Source: the human T2T-CHM13v2.0 reference genome, Homo sapiens
Assembly: GCF_009914755.1 (NCBI RefSeq)
Contig: NC_060933.1
DNA: 64,000 bases
Strand: one strand, 5' to 3'
Below the pieces are notes generated by a model. It saw only the letters and a program-made list of their open reading frames with translations. It made no database searches and was not told the DNA's origin. Position numbers and translations under genes: made by a program. Shown piece by piece: positions 1 through 14,942 of the stretch; position 1 is the first letter of the stretch; each line of letters starts with the position of its first letter.

Positions 1-839
1 TTCCTTTCTCCCATTGCAACATTTCACAAACTTTCCCCCATTTTGGTGTCCTCCCAAGTACTGTCCCTCATTTTGGCACCTCTCCTAGTACTGTCAGAGG
101 TGCAACGACATGATGGGCATGGGAAGGTTACCAGGAGAGGTGGAAGAGTCATCAATGTCATCCCCATTTGGAGTTGCTTGTCCTTACGTCTTCTCGGGAG
201 ATGCTAGCCTGTGTCAGTCCTAGCACATGCCCATCAGCCCTGAAGGACTCTGGCTCTGTCACATGTCCTGGTCCCAGGGCCCAGCATCAATCTCTTTCAT
301 TTGTAGCATCAGTGCTTCAAATCACTATCAAATATATTCAGGTCCTGACATCAATTAAGGGACAGGAAGGTGCAAAGCAATCTAAGACAAGAAGTGAGAG
401 CTGGTGTTGAAAGAAGGAGGCTAGGGCGTTGCTAACTTCAGGATCACAAGGACTGTTCCACTGCCTAATCCTAAAGAGCAAAGAAAGCAAGAGACTTTTA
501 CTAGATCAAACTTGCAGTTCCTGAAGCAGGGAGTCCAGAATGGTTTCCAAAGTCTGCATCATTATTGTCTTCTTCAGCTTCTCACTCACCACCTACACAC
601 TGGCAATTCCAGATCCCTCTCCAGCATGGGTCTCTCTCTACCCGACTGCCTGCTGACCATCTCCTCTGCTTGCACCACAGAGCCTGCAAACACAACACCT
701 TCTAATCTGGACTCGTCATCTTGTCCTCCCCTAACCTACTATTCTTTCTCTCGTGCTGCCCACAAAGCTGAAAAAATCTGGTCTATCTCACTGGCATCTA
801 TTTCTTTCCCTTTGTCCTAGCAAGAGCCTGAGTATTTCT

Positions 840-1290
840 TTGGGGTCCACTCCTTTGCCTCTTAGTCCCTACAGTTTCTATGGCTCCACCAAAGCTTAAG
901 GGGTGGAGCTCATGGATTAGGTCTAAGTCAATTAGCAAAGCCATAGTGATTGGCTGGAGGTGAGCATGTGACCAAAGCTGGTCCAATCAGGGCAAATCTC
1001 AGACTATTCATGGGAATGCTTGGACACAAGCTCTTGTGTGTTTTTGTTGAATTTAAACCTGGAGGGATGTAGTTCAGAGAGGTGCTGGCAGCCATCTTGA
1101 AAAGATATGGGACGAGCTGTCAAGAATGGAGTCAGCACAAAGTACTTGAGTCGGGAGATGGGGGGAGGAAATGCTGATCATATGACCCTCATACTGTTCA
1201 GTTATATGAACACTGCACTCCTCTTCCCTTTTTTTAAAGGTCAGTTTGACTAGTTTTTCAGACATTTTCAACCGAAAGTGTTCTGCTACA
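840..1290 (+). mobile_element. Old MaLR LTR (MLT1J/K-like)
   Basis: GTGATTGGCTGGAGGTGAGCATGTGACCAAAGCTGGTCCAATCAG motif and MLT1-like 3' end. Confidence 0.6.
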
Positions 1291-1399
1291 CCCTTCTCAC
1301 TGTAGGACTACACCACTGATTCAGCCAGTTAAGCCAGAAACCTGGGACCCACCTGTCGACTCACTCCCCACGTCTAAGGAATACCAAAAAGCTCTCAAT

Positions 1400-2050
1400 C
1401 CTTTAGGCAGTCCCCTCCCTGCCATCCCCACTGCTATTGCCTCTGTTCGGGCCTGTGTCCTCTTTTGCCTGAGCCATGGCCAGTGACCATCAAGTGGCCT
1501 CCTCTTCAAACTTGCCGTTTCAATCTCTCCTCCTCCCCATCCAGCAGCGTAGCCTTTCTAAGAGCAAACCTAACCATGGTACAGTGCCTTATCACCTCCC
1601 AAGCTCCGCTGGCAGGTCCTCCTTGACCTGGCCCCTGACTGAGGCTGTGGTCTCACCTCCTGCCACCTCTCACCCCCTGGAAGAAGATGCCTGTTCCGCC
1701 TGCACATCCCTGAATGGACGAGGCTGTCTCACACCTCCACTGGAAGACATGATCTTCCTACCTTTTCTTCCAAGAACATTCTTCCTCAACCTCTGATGTC
1801 CAGTGCAATCAACTCTGTGTAGCCTTCTCTGACCACCCTGCTGTAGTTGTTTATTCCTGCCTTCCTCAACACTGTTCCTTGTCTTACCTTTATCATAGCA
1901 GTTGATCCGGTTTGTGAGGGAGGGCTTCTAGAAGGCGGGTGTGATGTGTCTGGTCATTACTGTAGCATTTGCCACAAGGCCTGGCCCAGGGGTGGTCATC
2001 CAGTGTCTGCTGGCCAGCTGCGTGAATGATTGATTGAATGAATGAAGGAA
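1400..2050 (+). mobile_element. L2 3' fragment
   Basis: Pyrimidine-rich L2 body ending in TGAATGATTGATTGAATGAATGAA. Confidence 0.6.
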
Positions 2051-2200
2051 GGAAAGAGCAGATTAGACTAGGGAACATCGTCCTCTGACTGCTTTTGCTG
2101 CTGGGAGGGAAGGCCTTTGGCTTGGAAGGAAGCTGTAGTGAATGGGAAAGGGGAAAGAACTACCAAAACATATTGTGAGGTCACAGTCAAGCGGAACTCT

Positions 2201-2765
<565 letters not shown>

Positions 2766-2965
2766 AAAGGGGCTTTCTAGACCCAGGAGTGCTCTTCGAA
2801 GGGAGGCCAGGACGCCCAACAGTGACTCACGATCTCAACTCTTCTCATGTTCACCACTCCCACTGTGTTGTGAGGTCTCCCAGATCTGGGGAATCCATGG
2901 TCATTATGGATTACAAGTGTGAATGGACAAGCTTGGATACCTCTGAGCACACATTCCAAGCTGCC

Positions 2966-3255
<290 letters not shown>

Positions 3256-3261
3256 ATGCTG

Positions 3262-3740
3262 CATTCTTTTGATGGCTGCTGACAAAATCTCAACTCCAGC
3301 TGTAAGCAAAAATGGAATTTATTGGCACACAGAACTAAGAAGTCAGGGACTTCAGGCACAGCTGGATCCAGGATTCCAACAATATCTATCCTAGGGCTTT
3401 TTTTTTTTTTTCTCTGCTTCCTTCTGCTGGCTTCATTCTGAGGCAAGCCTTCCTTACTCCCTGAAGGGACTCCAGGAAGCTCCAGGCTTCCGTCATTCTT
3501 ACAGCTAGCAATCTCAATATTTTCAGTGAAAGTTCAGGTATTGAGTTTTGCTAGATTCTCTTGGATCAAGGGCCTATCTCTGATGTACCACTGTGGAGAG
3601 GGGCATTAGAGGGACCTGAATTCCATGCCCACCTTTGGAGCAGGGACGGACATAGCACTACCTGAACTAGGCATGGGGAGAAGTGGCTCAGTGAAGCAGG
3701 AAAGAGAAGATGCATGCCAATCAGGCAATAGCAACTGTCA
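3262..3740 (-). mobile_element. Old MaLR LTR (MLT1K/L-like)
   Basis: GACTTCAGGCACAGCTGGATCCAGG motif typical of MLT1J/K/L in reverse. Confidence 0.55.
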
Positions 3741-4159
3741 TCAGTTGCCAGTGGCCTGGGCAGAGTGGGTGTTAAATCGTGAGGTCAGCATATCTTGTGT
3801 CTGGGGCCCCTTCCTCCTTCTGGGTGCCATCTCCCACCCCTGTGCCATCAGCTGGAAGTGGCAGAGAATTACTCAGATGAGCTGGGCCCACAGAGCCAGA
3901 GGAATCTGTGGGTCTGGGAAGGCAGCCAGGAGGTCAGGCCTCCTAAGCTTGGGGTGGAAGGAGCCTGCCAAGTCTTGGACTCCCTCCTTGCCCCAGCGCC
4001 TCCCTGCCTGGCTGCAGCTAGATCCCTGGAGGCAGACAAGTTCGGAGGGCAAGGGTGAGGGGGTGCACTGATAGAAAGAGGAGTGACGGGACTCAGGAGG
4101 CCTGAGGTTAGGCTGGGTGAGCTCTGGCTCACTGGGAAGCCATCTCTGCCTTAGACTTA

Positions 4160-4322
4160 CCTCACAGGTGTGCCACCTGAGCACAAGGCCCCATGCCTAG
4201 ACGGGCCCCATGCTTGGTATAATGCTCTACTGTTACCATCTTGAAATTCTTCATAGTTTTTGAAATAGATGCCTCCAGTTTTCATTTTGCACAACCCCCA
4301 AAAGTTATGTAGCCAATCTTGG
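4160..4322. mobile_element. MER91A (hAT MITE)
   Basis: GGGCCCCATGCTTGGTATAATGCTCTACTGTTACCATCTTGAAATTCTT...TTTTCATTTTGCAC...TTATGTAGCC. Confidence 0.75.
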
Positions 4323-4632
4323 TCTCAGTCTCCCCATCCATGTCAAGAAAGTGATGGACTAAAGGACCAGAGGAGCTTGGAGGTGACTTCCCGCTGACAG
4401 CAGAAGCAGGTGGTCCTCCAGGGGAGCTTCTCTGGGCTCACAAGTGGTTATTTCCCCTGAGAAGGTCACCCAAAGCTGCCCCATGTTGCCACCTCCTTTC
4501 TCCTCTTCCAGCTCCTGTACTTTGAGGGGTGGAAAGAGCTAGAGCTGCGATCAGCACCCACGACTCAGGGAGCACTGGACTTCCCATCATCACTCACCCA
4601 TCTGGCTTAACGCCCCCCCCACCATCTGGCAC

Positions 4633-4795
4633 CATGCTACTCATAGTGTGGGTCATGGACCAGCAGCCCTGGCATTCCCTTGGAGCGTGTTAGAAATGCA
4701 GACTCTCAGGCCCCACTCAGACCTACTGAAGCAGAATCTGCATTTTAACAAGCTCCTGGGTGATTCTCAGGCTCATTAAGGTCTGAGAAGTTCTG
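4633..4795. mobile_element. MER5A-type hAT-Charlie MITE
   Basis: GTTAGAAATGCAGACTCTCAGGCCCCACTCAGACCTACTGAAGCAGAATCTGCATTTTAACAAG. Confidence 0.85.
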
Positions 4796-4899
4796 ATGAA
4801 GGCTCATTAAGGCTCCCTCCAGGGCATGCCTTGGGCCTCAGGACTGGGCAGGACAGCATTGCGGGGTGGATAAAGGCACAGAGCTGGAGAAGTTCAGGG

Positions 4900-5290
4900 T
4901 GTCCACATTTGCTCCAGCTGCCATGACAAGTACTCCAGGCTGGGTGGCTTAAACAACAGAAACTGATTTTCTTGCAATTCTGGAGGCAAGAATTCCCAGA
5001 TCAAGGTGTGCCCTGGGATGGCTTCCTCTGAGGCCTCTCTCCGTGGCTTGTAGGTGGCCGCCTTCTGTCTCTGTGTTCACATGGCATTCACTCTGTGCTT
5101 CTCTGTGTCTTAATCTCCTTTTCTTATGAGGACACCACCCGTCAGATTGGGTTAGGGTACCCCAATGAACTCACTCAAACTTAATGACCTCTTTAAAGAC
5201 CATGTATCCAAATACAGCCACATTCTGAGGTACTGTGGGTTAGGACGTCAATGTATGAATTCAGGGAGGGACGTGATTCAGCCCATGGCA
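4900..5290 (-). mobile_element. MLT1B-like MaLR solo LTR
   Basis: GGCTTAAACAACAGAAA...CACATTCTGAGGTACTG...ATTCAGCCCATGGCA matches reverse MLT1B. Confidence 0.85.
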
Positions 5291-5702
5291 CGGGTGTGCA
5301 CAGGAGGGGCACAAAATGGAAGTCATCAAGCGTTCACTATGTGCCAGGCTTGGAGCCAGGTGCTCTGCTTATTTTTTTCACTTAATCCCCAAACAGCCCT
5401 GAGAGGTACAAAGTGAGCCACAAACACTGTTGAGGTCCCTCTGTGTGCCAGGCACTGGGCTAGGCACACACATACATCATGGCACGGCTTCCCCACAGAG
5501 TCTGCTCCTCATCACACTCACAGGTGTGGAACCTGAGACCCAGTGAGGAAAGAGAGGATGCTCCAGGTCATTCAGGGATGGGGCCAGGACTCAGGTGTTT
5601 GTGGTCCATTTTCACCCCTCCTTGTCTACCTCCTTGCCTTGCTGCTTGGGAACAGTGGTTTACAAGTCATTCTGCATTGCCATCAAATAAACTAGAGGGT
5701 CT

Positions 5703-6013
<311 letters not shown>

Positions 6014-6323
6014 TAATTGTAGAAGACAAAAAGAAGTGGTGAAAAACAAAAAGACACCTGCTGGCTGGTGGGGTGTCCTGGAGAAAGGCCACACCCATAC
6101 CAGGCACCAAGGCTGGTGTGTGATGAATGTGGAACCCCTGGACCCTTTGCAGATGGGGTTCTGGAGATACTCCAGCCTCAGCAAGGGGAGGAGCATATGC
6201 TCCAAGCTTGCCAAGTGGGTGGTTCCTGCGGTTGGATTTTGGGGCACACTCTGCTCTGGGGAGTGGAGCTCACAGAGCCATTTTCAGTCCCGGTAAGCCC
6301 CCAGTTTCCTTCTGCCACTCTGA

Positions 6324-6752
<429 letters not shown>

Positions 6753-7820
6753 TGACCCTGGTTTGAGTCACAAACTCCTTGGAGAGCCTCAAGGGAGCCA
6801 TGGCCCCTGTCACTAGGAGAGCACACCTGTGTGCACACACACATAGACACACCTGACCATTCTCAGCTGCAGGAGCCTCCAGGTGCAAGATTCTGCCTTA
6901 GAAGGCTCTACAGCACCTCCGCCCTTGGTGCACACCGTGGTGGATGAGTTCTTACTTTCTGCCGTGCCTGCCCGGGGCTTCGGTGCACCACCCCAGTTAC
7001 CTCTTTTTATTGGAGCCGACTCTGCCTCCCAGTGGCTTCTTTCCATGGGTCATTGTTCTGCTCCTCAGAGCCACCTGGAATGAGGTCACCATGTCCTCTC
7101 TGTGACACAGATGAGAAGCTAAGGATCTACATCCCCTGGAGTTCGCCCCTCTCCATGGTGTTCAGCTGTGGCTCTTTCTTCGCAGGGCGGGCATCCAGAC
7201 CCTTCCCAGCCTGTCTTGGCCCCAGGCCCATTCCTGTTTCTCATTGTTCTCATTAAGGGCTGGCCCCCAAAACACAGAATTCCAGGTGCAGTCTGGCCAG
7301 CCCAAGGAGAGCAGATCGCTCATCCCGTTTGTTCTGGATGTTGGCCCCCATTAATGTAGCTCTGGAGACAAACATAACACAGCAGATACACTGAGCTGGG
7401 GGTCAACTCAGACTCCCAGATTGTCTCCCTGTAAACAGCTGTGCAGTCACATCTCCCCTTTCCTCTTTGTAGTATTTGTGAGGTTTTAGATGGAAATCCC
7501 AGTTTATACCAGATATTTGGTTTTCAATCATGCTCCTTTACTGCTCATAGTGCCCTCAGCCAAAGGCATTTCCACCCTGAGCTTCAGTTTCCTCACAGAT
7601 TTGTTGGGATGGTGAAATGTATAAGGTCAATGTTGGGGCTTGGAAGGGTATTCTCTTTCTGTGTGTTGTTGTTTTGGAAAAGATTTCTGGTTGTTTCCAA
7701 AATCCATTTCATCCCTTTTACATGGAAATAAAACTTTCACCTTGGTGTGCAGATGCTCAGCATGAGACCATAATTCCCAGCCTGTCTTGCGCTACATGGA
7801 AGGACTGGGCAAGCAGCGTG

Positions 7821-8663
<843 letters not shown>

Positions 8664-8914
8664 AGAAGGACTTTCATGTGAGTGAGAGATGAACTCCTAT
8701 TCTGCATACGCCGTGTTATATGTGTTGCTCAGCTGAGCCTTGTCACAGCCTAATCAATGAGTTTTTTTGAGGCATTTTATTTAGAAGAGGCAGATACAGG
8801 CTCAAATCAATAGGGAAGAAGAGAGGGACTTGCAAATACTCTAAAGCCAATTTTTTTTTTCTTTACTTCTGCTTCTTTCCTTCCCTCCTGCCATTTCTCC
8901 CCTCTCCTTCTATC

Positions 8915-9280
8915 CAAACTTTGAACGCTTATTGAGTTCATTTTCTGTACCAGGCTTTCTGCCAGGCACTGTGGATACAGAGATGATTAAGACACACTGT
9001 CTGCTGTAGACTAGCAAGGGAGACAGAGGGCATGTAGACATGCCCTCAAGTCCATGTGACAAGATCACCATGGAGGGGTTTACAGGGTGATGGGTGGACT
9101 CAAAGAAGCAGCCACCTCTTTTGCTTGGAAAGGTGGGAGGAAGGGAGTCAGAGGATTACGTCTTGAGTTGATCCATGTGGGCTGCATAGAGGTTCTCCAG
9201 AAAGAGAAGAGAGGGAACAGCATTCCAAGCAGAGGAAATAGCTTGTGCAAAGTACTAGAAGTGTGCAGGAGCATTGAGCG
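8915..9280 (-). mobile_element. L2 3' fragment
   Basis: TTATTGAG...CCAGGCACTGTGGATACAGAGATG...AACAGCATTCCAAGCAGAGGAAATAGCTTGTGCAAAG. Confidence 0.65.
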
Positions 9281-10489
9281 CAAAGAGCTGTGGGCTCTTT
9301 GTGGTGGGAGTGAGGGGTGGAAGACAGCTGATCAGGGACTTGCTTTGCAGCAAAGTGCCCTGCCAGAAGTCAGCTCCCTTCTGAGGAGTGCTGAGCATGG
9401 AAGAAACAACTGCTTTGCAAACAAACACCTCATGTATTTATTTCCTCTGTTTTCCTCACATCTCTCATCTTTTCCCCTGAATGAGATGCCTCCTGGTTTC
9501 ACTTAATTTCCACAGGAAACTGGAAGGAGCCACATCTGTCTAAATTCTCCCTAACTCACTCCAGATTTTCAGGGTCAGAATATGGCCGCTGAGAGTCAGG
9601 GTCTCTGTGGGGTCAGAGGTGACAGCCCCAGAATTGGGGTCTTGTGCCGAGCCCCTTATGGCAGGGGAGGCCAGGCATCAGTTCCCTGCACGATACAGAT
9701 GTTCAGCAAGGATTTTGTTGGGAGCATAATCAGCGGCCAAGGCAGCCCCTGGAGAGGGGAATGTGGGCCTCATTCCCATGGGCTCCTGCCCAACGTTCCT
9801 TCGTTCCTGAGTTTTATGTTCCTGGGAGAGGCTGGAGGCCGAGCAATGCTCCAGCTCCACAGCAGCTGCCCCCTTCTCGGAAAGGCAACAACCTCTTTCC
9901 TCACATGGCCTTGGGACGTTGGACACCCAGCTCGGGGACATTGTTTTGTTCACAGCTGCATGCTCATGGCATTTATTTAGGGGACACTTTCTCTTCTGCC
10001 ACCTACAAGGAGGCAGCTTGGAGCAGAAGGAGCAGAGCTGAGCCTCCAGAGATGGAGGTCTGTTCCTGGAGAAAGTGGCTCCCTCTCTTTGAGGCTCAGT
10101 TTCCTCATCTGTAAAACAGAGCAGGCTGGCCCAGGTGGCATCTAAGGTGATGTGTGAACAGCTGTGGACTTTGGAGTCATGCAGACTTGTGTTCTGCCTG
10201 GGCCAGTTGGCAGCTGCGTGGCCGTGGGGAGGTCCTGAACCTCCCCAGCTGCGGTGTTCTGTCCTCATCTGTGCATGGAGGACATGGGATCAGGTCATCT
10301 TGAAGGGCCTCGAGGGCTTAGTGATGAGGCCAGGAGAGCCCACTCTCAACAACGATGCTGAGGAAAAGCATTTTGTGTTCTCCCTCTTGGCAAAATATTT
10401 ATAATTCTATGCCTGTTGGAACCAAGCAAGGTCAGCACAAAAGAATTGGCCCTCCACTATCCTAAGAAAACTAAAGCAGGAACAGTAGA

Positions 10490-10750
10490 GCAAATACCAC
10501 ATGCTCTCACTTGTAAGTGGGAGCTAAACATCAAGGACACGTGGCCCCGAGGAGGGGAACAACAGGCACAGGAGCCTACTTGAAGGTAGTGGATGGGAGG
10601 AGGGTGAGTTGGGTGCTATGCTCATTGTCTTGGTGGCAAAATAATCTGTACAGCAACCCCCTGTGACACTCAATTTACCTATATAACAAACCTGCATATA
10701 TACCCCTGACCCTAAAATAAAAGTTAACAAAATAAATAAGTAAAACAAAA
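10490..10750 (+). mobile_element. Older L1PA/L1PB 3' end
   Basis: CAAATACCACATGCTCTCACTTGTAAGTGGGAGCTAAAC...ATAACAAACCTGCATATATACCCCTGA...AATAAAAGTT and A-rich tail. Confidence 0.9.
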
Positions 10751-10754
10751 CATA

Positions 10755-11005
10755 TGGGAGACCGAGGCGGGTGGATCACCTGAGGTCGGGAGTTTGAGAC
10801 CAGCCTGGCTAACATGGTGAAACCCCATCTCTACTAAAAATACAAAAATTAGTCGGGTGTGGTGGCACGCACCTGTAATCCCAGCTACTTGGGAGGCTGA
10901 GGCGGGAGAATTGCTTGAACTCGAGAGGCAAGGTTGCAGTGAACCAAGATCATGCCACTGCACTCCAGCCTGGGCAACGGAGCAAGACTCCATCTCAAAA
11001 AAAAA
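10755..11005 (+). mobile_element. 5'-truncated AluS abutting the L1 tail
   Basis: Starts GGGAGACCGAGGCGGGTGGATCACCTGAGGTCGGGAG; ends CATCTCAAAAAAAAA. Confidence 0.95.
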
Positions 11006-11379
11006 TAATTTTTTTAACAAAAGAAGAGGCATCCATGATTTACCCTTCCTCCCACCCCTTGCCCCCAGTCTCCACAGATCAGTGGACTGTTTTTTCCAAA
11101 GCATAACTGGATGACTCGTTGGGTTGTCCTCTTCCTGCACCCCACCTTACTGTGTCCTCTCACTCACCCTGACCCCTTTCAGACCCTTCAGCAGTCCAAA
11201 CTACAGCCTCTTCTGGAGCTTGCATTGTCCAAGGGTGACAAGAAGCAGCCCCAGTGGGTGAGGATGGGAGGGCAGGGTGGGGGTTTAGCTCCTCCAGCAT
11301 CTTCATGTGCATCTCCCAAACCCTCCATCTCAGAAATTCAGGGTGCTATTGGTGTGTGATGATGTTGAGCCATCCAGGT

Positions 11380-11745
11380 CCCCCGTTCAAGGTGCTGGCA
11401 GTCCCCTGTGCCTGCTGCACTCCCGCCCTCCCCACCCACTGCTCCTGCTGGCTGCCTCCCCTCTTTCAGATCTTGGTGTCCTGTCACTCTCCATCCTGAT
11501 GCCTTGTCTGTCCCCCATCTCATCTTTCAGAGCCCCGGGTGCTTTTTCTTTGGAGAACTCATCATATTTGTAGTTATACATGGGTCTCGTCCTCTCCCAT
11601 TTGATGCCTGGCTCTTGCAATGGATTATAAATGCCAGGAGGGCAGAGGCCATGCTGGCCTTACCGTATTCCCATTGCCTCACATAGTGCCTGGGAAATAG
11701 TTGGCTCTGGACAAATCGTTGTTGAATGACTGAAGAAATGAATCA
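11380..11745 (+). mobile_element. L2 3' fragment
   Basis: CACATAGTGCCTGG...TTGTTGAATGACTGAA terminus. Confidence 0.55.
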
Positions 11746-12929
11746 CCCAGTGAATCTAGAATTTGGTGGCAATGTGAGCGCAACAGGAAGGCAAGTGGCC
11801 GCAAATCATGTTGTACTAGTTACAGACTTTGGCACTAACATGGTGGGCACTCAAATCCTAGTGGTGACCCTGGGGACTCCAGGAGGGCAGGCTATTTTCC
11901 CTCTCAGCCCCACAGAGGAGAGTATCTCAAGAAAGAGAAGGTGTTCACCTGTGTTGAGATGTTCCTGAAAGGCCAAGGAAGAAAAGGACTGAGGTATGTC
12001 TATTGGACTCAGTCACAGGAGGTTATGGTGACCTTGACAAGAACAGTTTTAAAGGACTGGGGAGTCGGAAACCAGACTGCAGGGGAGGGAGCAGGAGTCA
12101 AGGAAGTGGGAATTGTGAGTAGAAATTACTCACGGAGACTATTTCTAGACACTAGACCAGGAATGGGAGGAGAGATGTCATTAGCTGTTTCTTACCAAGA
12201 AGGATCACATCAAAATTCATTTGGAAAATTTTTGGAATAATAAAAATGATTCATCTACTAGATGGCCAGCAAAATAAGATGCCTCAACCCCTAGTCCTAC
12301 TTCTCACCAAAAACTAGACTATGAGAATTGAAGGGACCTCAAAGGCCAGAGGATTCCAACACAGCCCTCTCATTCCATAGACGAGGTGCCTGAGGCCCAG
12401 AGAGGGTCAGGGATGTGCCCAAGGTCACACAGCAGATGAGGGGGAAAGACAGGTTTTGAAGCAGGCTCCTGTATGCTCAGCCCATGGCTTTTTCCCCATA
12501 TTCCATGTCTTTCTTTCCCCTGTCCTTTCTAAACAGTCGTTATTGACTCCAGGAAATGGGAAAGATAGTTATTTTTAGTTTATTCAAAATGAGTAAAATG
12601 GGTAATGTTTTTTTTCTCCCCAATATATCAGATCCGAAATATGTCTTATGTAAGAGCTAACTGGGATGAGAAATGGTCGCACAGTGAGAACAAAGATTTC
12701 TTTGACTATTAAAAGTTCCAGAGTGAACCCTAAACTGGCCCAAATAACTGGGCTCAGCTCTCCTTGCCTAGCTGACAGAAGAAGGTTGGGCAGGGCTGTG
12801 TGTGTCTGTACATGTGCAAGTGTGTGTGTACAAGTGAGCACAAGTGTGTGTATAACAGGCTCCCTCTGTGGGGTGATTTCTAGAGCACCAAGACAAGCAC
12901 CCTGAATCTGAACTTCTTTGATACTATTT

Positions 12930-12954
12930 ATCATCATCATCATCATCATCATCA
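12930..12954. repeat. (ATC)8 microsatellite
   Basis: ATCATCATC... seen directly. Confidence 0.95.
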
Positions 12955-12969
12955 TGAGTAATTCTACTA

Positions 12970-13262
12970 ACATATGTATAAAATTTACCATCTTAATTAT
13001 TTTAAGAGTATACTTCAGTGTGTTAAGTACACACATGTTGTTTGTTGTGCAACCATTACCACCATCCAGAATTTTCCAGAAAACTTTTTATCTTGCAAAA
13101 CTGAAACTCTGTACCCATGAAACAACAGCTTCCCATTCCTTCCTCCAAGGCCCTGGAAATCACCATTCTAATTTCTGACTCTATGAATCTGACTTCTCTA
13201 GAGACCTCCTGTAAGTGGAATCATATGATGTTTATTCTTGTGTGACTGGCTCGTTTCACTCT
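12970..13262 (-). mobile_element. L1MB-like 3' end
   Basis: AAATTTACCATCTTAA...GTTGTGCAACCATTACCACCATCC...GTAAGTGGAATCATA. Confidence 0.8.
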
Positions 13263-13270
13263 CAGGACTT

Positions 13271-13497
13271 CTTTCAGTGTGTGCTCCTCATGCCCCCAAC
13301 ACCCCATGAGACACCCTCATTTCAATACCTCTTTGAGTGTTTCCTTGTGCCCCCAACTGCCCATGAGACACCCTCCTTTCAGCACCTCTTTGAGTGTGAT
13401 CCTCGTGCTCCCAACCCTCCATGAGACAACCTCCTTTCAGTACCGCTTTGAATGTGATCCTTGTGTCCCCAATACCCCATGAGACATCCTCTCCTTT
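13271..13497. repeat. Degenerate minisatellite, ~4 x 57-58 bp
   Basis: CCATGAGACA recurs at 13304, 13361, 13419 and 13477, and the intervening sequence is also similar. Confidence 0.9.
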
Positions 13498-14942
13498 GGC
13501 AGAGGATTTGATCCTTGGTTGAAGAGTGGCAAGCAACCCTGGGAAGGAAGCATTTCAAGCTTTATTGGAACTTTTTCTTTAGTGCCAGTCAATGGATAAT
13601 TCCTTGAGAGCAGGTTTTGATAGGGTAGGGGTGACCCTAGTTGAAAGCCCTGATTGATTATGGGTGGGAAGAGGGAGAGACCTGATGACAGAGAAAAAAA
13701 ATTGTTCTGCCTGGAAAAATGTTGCTGGGATCATTATAAGTGAATCCACGAAATAGCAATTAGTTTTATAACAAGCCACTTCTGACATTTATGTCCCTAG
13801 GTGTGTTGACCTCATGTTATGCTCTGACTTGATTCCTTGGGGAGTCATAAATTAAGTGTCCTCAAAGGACTGCTAGCAATAATCATAATAATCCTCTTGT
13901 ATTTTGGTTGCATTCTACACTTTGGGACACACTTTCATTTATATTATTTTATTTGATCAAAATGACAACAATGTGTGCTCGTTAGAATATGACTTATCAT
14001 CTTCATTTTTCAGGTGAGGAAGCCGAAGTTCAGTGGGTGGAAGGGACCTGCTCAGGCTTGTACAATCACTTGTTGGTATCACTGGATTGAGAACCCAAGT
14101 CTTTAGCCCAGGCCTTTTTCCACTGTTCCACATTTTGCTGGAGTTTTCTCCCCTCTACCTCTCATTTGACCTCAGACTCAATCCTTCTCCAAGAATAACG
14201 CGTCACTATGCAGATGCTCAAATTAGAAACTCCAGAGTTGTCCTTGACATTCCCTTGCTCCAGTTTCATATCCAGTCTTCAATTAAACCCTGTCGTTTTT
14301 AATTCCTGAATATGTTTTCAATACTCCCGCTTCTCTGCAAGTCTGGACCGGCAGCGTCCAGGCCTTTTTCTCTTACCTGGAGTTAATCCTTTAGACTGTC
14401 ATGATGCCATTTCTGTTCTTCTCTTCCTCTGTTATTTCCCGGGAAATGTGGATTTGAACAAGGTTAGACGAGTTTTCATATTGTAGAATTTCTCAGACCT
14501 TCTGATCTGCTAAGAATGGTCATGGTGACTTGCCAAAGTAAGGGGTTGTGTGTTTGCCATACCCTAAAATTACTTGATCTTTCCTGGACCCCTGCGGTTT
14601 ATCTCTACCCTCTCCCCCATCCATTTTCCACGCTGAAGCCGCATACACCTCTGCTAACTGCAAAACTGCCCTCCCCATCCCTCCCCATGCTCCTCCTACC
14701 CCTCTGGCCTTCCAGTCCCTCTGACATGTGGTAAGATACACATGCCCTGCCAGGGTCCCCTCTGCCTGACTTCTCTATCACCAGCTGTGGCAGTGTCGGT
14801 TGCTGGTGCTCACAGCTGTCTCCTCTGGGAGCCACCTTACCAGGGAGGCCACATTCCCTGGAGCTCCAGAAGCATCTCATAACCAATATCTGACATGGTG
14901 CTTGCAGTGCCTTTTACTTATTTCTCTTTCTCTTTATTTTCC

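Noticed and set aside
9026-9047. GAGGGCATGT-ag-ACATGCCCTC palindrome as a p53 element
   Set aside because: The CATG cores are 4 nt apart rather than 6, only one half-site is perfect, and it lies in an L2 remnant
9582-10268. Long overlapping ORFs (132-196 aa) on both strands
   Set aside because: No recognisable homology, GC-rich DNA gives few stops, and they partly overlap MIR sequence
13271-13497. Regularly spaced CCATGAGACA suggesting a CRISPR-like array
   Set aside because: The intervening sequence is also repeated (no unique spacers), there are no cas genes, and the DNA is primate; it is a minisatellite
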